From the NCBI RefSeq assembly GCF_009914755.1, contig NC_060944.1: 64,000 nt of DNA, one strand, 5' to 3'. This DNA comes from the human T2T-CHM13v2.0 reference genome, Homo sapiens. Position numbers and translations under genes: made by a program. Below, piece by piece: positions 61,201 through 64,000 of this stretch (its first letter is position 1; each line of letters begins with the position of its first letter). The notes beneath the pieces were generated by a model. That model did not search any database. It saw only the letters and a list, made by a program, of their open reading frames with translations, and had not been told where the DNA came from.

Positions 61201-64000
61201 TTGGACACTGGGCAGGGAGAGGCAGGGTCCAAGACAGCCAGGCTCTGCCTTGGCTGGGGCCTAAGTAAGGGTTTGGGGACCCAAGAGAGGTCTGTAGGCT
61301 GGAAATGAGCTGGACAGGCCAGAGTTACAGGGCCTAAAGCCTGGGAACAGTGACCGGGCTGAGGGATGGGGCAGGCTGGCCCTGGGAGGCCGAGGGGTCC
61401 AGGGGTTCCATGCACTGCAGGTCACCCTGCTGCATGGATAGATGGTGAATGTGGTTTTGGCATGGGCAGTGGCACAGCGGGAAGAAGACTGTGAAGCCAG
61501 CAGCAGGGACAGCCACGAAACCCTCAGCCTGCTCAGCATCTCCCCCTTTCCTCCGTCATCCTGGTTGGTGGCAGCCCCTCCGCCTCATCTCTGCATGGGG
61601 TGGGGGGGTAACTTTATATTATGAACTAATCATCATGAGAACCCCATAAGGAAGACCATATGGTTATCCCCCTTGCACAGATATATTGAGTCACTTACCC
61701 AAGATCACACAGCTAATTAACACCAGCGCCTAATTCAAACTCAGGCAGCCTAGTTCTGAGGCAGCGTTATTCAATCAATATGCACTTAGGGAACAGGCGG
61801 CCAGGAAGTGCAGGTGGGCCCCACCCTTACCCCTGCTCTGTGCTGAGGCCGCTGCCGAGCTGTCTATTCAGAGTCAGCTCCTCTGGTGCTGGAAGATGCT
61901 GGCACTCAGTGCTCCATCGCCTCTCAGTGAGCTGATCATGACAGGAGAATGACAGAAAATGACCAGGTGTTGCCACCCACCACTGTGAGGCTGGTGGTCC
62001 CTGTCCCTTAGAGAGGGCGAGCTGGGCTCATGGGGATGCAGAGGCAGCTGCCCTTTCCCACTGGGTGACCCTGGTGGAAATCTGGGAGCTGAGGGTGTGG
62101 ACTGCCTGCAGGGAGGCCTCACCTAATACCTCTAATAAAAGCACCCCTCGTGTGCCGGGCACTGACCTGGAAGTTGGAGTGACTCACTTGAGGCACCAGA
62201 AATGCTCGCTGCAGTGCAGATGTTAGGACCTGGGTTCAGAAAGCAGATCCCTAAATGAGCCTCTGGGGTCCACGGCTTCTGGTCCACGTGCCCACGGCTT
62301 GGTGAGGTCTGGGAGGTCTCCCTGAGGGAGGCAGGACTTGAGTGGGACCGTGAAGGGCAGAAATAACCTGAAAAGTGGGGACAAGGCAGAGGATAGAGAA
62401 ATGGAGGGAGGGAAGGCCTCCCAGGGCACAGTCCTTCTCGGAGGCCCGGAGACATGCCTTCTCCCCAGTTACCCTCCAATAAAGGGAATGCAGCACCACA
62501 AGAAGACTCAGTGGCACCATCCCTGGCTGCAGAGGGGCCACCCAGCTGCTCACGGTGTCCTCACTCCATTCTCATTCTTTGCCTAATGCTGATGTCTCGC
62601 GTGGAATATTTTTCTTATCTACTTTGATAAGACATGGAGGTCAGAAGAAAATAGTTCTCAAACCAGAGTTGGCCTAAAACACTACACAGGCTGTAAACCA
62701 CAGATTTCCTTCTGCATACCATCCCTGCTTCCTCTTCCCATCTGACTGTAAGGGAAAGCAGGAACTCCAGAAAGGGGTCTTTGTAACACACTTCCAGGAG
62801 ATTTTTCTGCAAGTGGTCTCAGGCCACACTTCAGGAAACAGACTCAGACCATCAGCACTGGAAGGAATGGTGGAGTTTGGCCAGCCCAGTGTTTCCAACT
62901 GTGCGGATAAGACCCCTGCCGGGATGACCCTGGGAGAAGAGGTGAGGGTGAGCAGGTGCGTGGGTGCAAGGCCCCTTCTCAACCCAGGCAGGTCAATGTT
63001 ATGTTTATGTGTTTTTATAGGGGCTTCTGGTAGTATTAGGTATAAGAGGGGTTTCAATGCTTTTAAAAAAACAAAAAGGCTGCAAACCACAAATCTCACC
63101 CTACAGTGTCACTCATGGACAGGGCCAGCCGGGAGTGTGAGCAAGACACAGGGCCTTGATGTCAGCCAGACTGTGGCCTGGGCAATGGGGTTGAACTTTC
63201 CTGAGACTCTGGTCCATAAAAGGCAGATAACACCTTCCACCTTGGCCTCCAGGGGACAACCCATAGGCCCCCCCGGGGTCAGTTCCCTTCCCTAGTCCAG
63301 GACCAAAGGGAAGCCATTTCCCAGTTCCTGGCCCAGGCTCAGTCCACCAAGTATGGTGGGAAGGCAGAGGCATGGAAGGCTTTAGCGGTACCCTCCAGGT
63401 GTTTGGGGCATAGCTGGGGTACAGCACGCAGCCTGAGCCCTGTTGAGGCTGCTGAGAGCTGACAGAGTGGGCTTTACAGGGAGACAGACACGGTGGGCAT
63501 TCTGAGAAGGTGGACTATAGCAGCAGGCGGAAGCAGGGGGCCTGGAACCAGGAGTGGAAGAGCAGAAGAGTTTCGAAGCAGTGCAGCCTTCTGCTGGGTG
63601 TTTTGGGTAATTCTGAAGTTGGGCGTGGACAGGAGGGATGCATGAGGCTGGGCACCCCACACAGACATGGGGCCTAAAAATGCTGGGAATGAGAGTCACA
63701 TCGGAGGACCCTCCACAGCCCCCGGCACTCATCCAGGCAGTGATGCCTCCAGTTCACACCCTGGGTGGGGGGCAAATGTTAGTATCGACCTCCCTGAAAA
63801 GTAGCAAGGAAGGCTTTTTTTTTTTTTTTTGCCAAAACTTGCATAAGACTTAGAAAGTTCCAAATGGCTCTTCTTGCTTATCCAGCGCTTTTGGCTGCCT
63901 GTGACACACTGTCCCTGAAGCACCAAAATTTCATAAGAGCTGAGGATAAAACCCAAAGAGGGCCACTCTCCAAGTCACCCAACATCCCAGACTTCACACT

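Larger units (their letters stand above)
58500..64000 (-). ncRNA. LINC00656: Probable 3' portion of lncRNA LINC00656 (exon structure not determinable; extends beyond window)
   Basis: Recalled locus order places LINC00656 roughly 39 kb upstream of the CD93 start on the same strand. A minus-strand AATAAA is present at 58520-58525. No coding ORF is supported here. Confidence 0.4.

Overview
Human genomic DNA, recognisable as the CD93 locus (chr20p11.21, next to THBD, which lies outside this window). The only protein-coding gene is CD93 on the minus strand. Its large first exon carries 1934 of 1959 coding nt (19669-17736). A 284-bp GT-AG intron follows, then a last exon encoding SPTPGTDC-stop and a ~4.6-kb 3' UTR ending near an AATAAA at 12855-12860. 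The rest is intergenic and rich in interspersed repeats (8 Alus, old L1 and L2 fossils, MIRs, ERV/MaLR LTRs, Tigger/MER DNA transposons), microsatellites and one G-rich minisatellite. The last ~5.5 kb probably holds the 3' part of lncRNA LINC00656 (recalled from locus knowledge; supported here only by a minus-strand poly(A) signal). I do not see a convincing new biological system. The most interesting sequence-level signals are a perfect 42-bp inverted repeat with satellite hairpins at 56053-56198, a ~265-bp ~92%-identical duplication displaced by 4.2 kb, and the fact that retaining the single CD93 intron would exactly remove the C-terminal PDZ-binding tail. Repeat subfamily names and boundaries are by eye and approximate.
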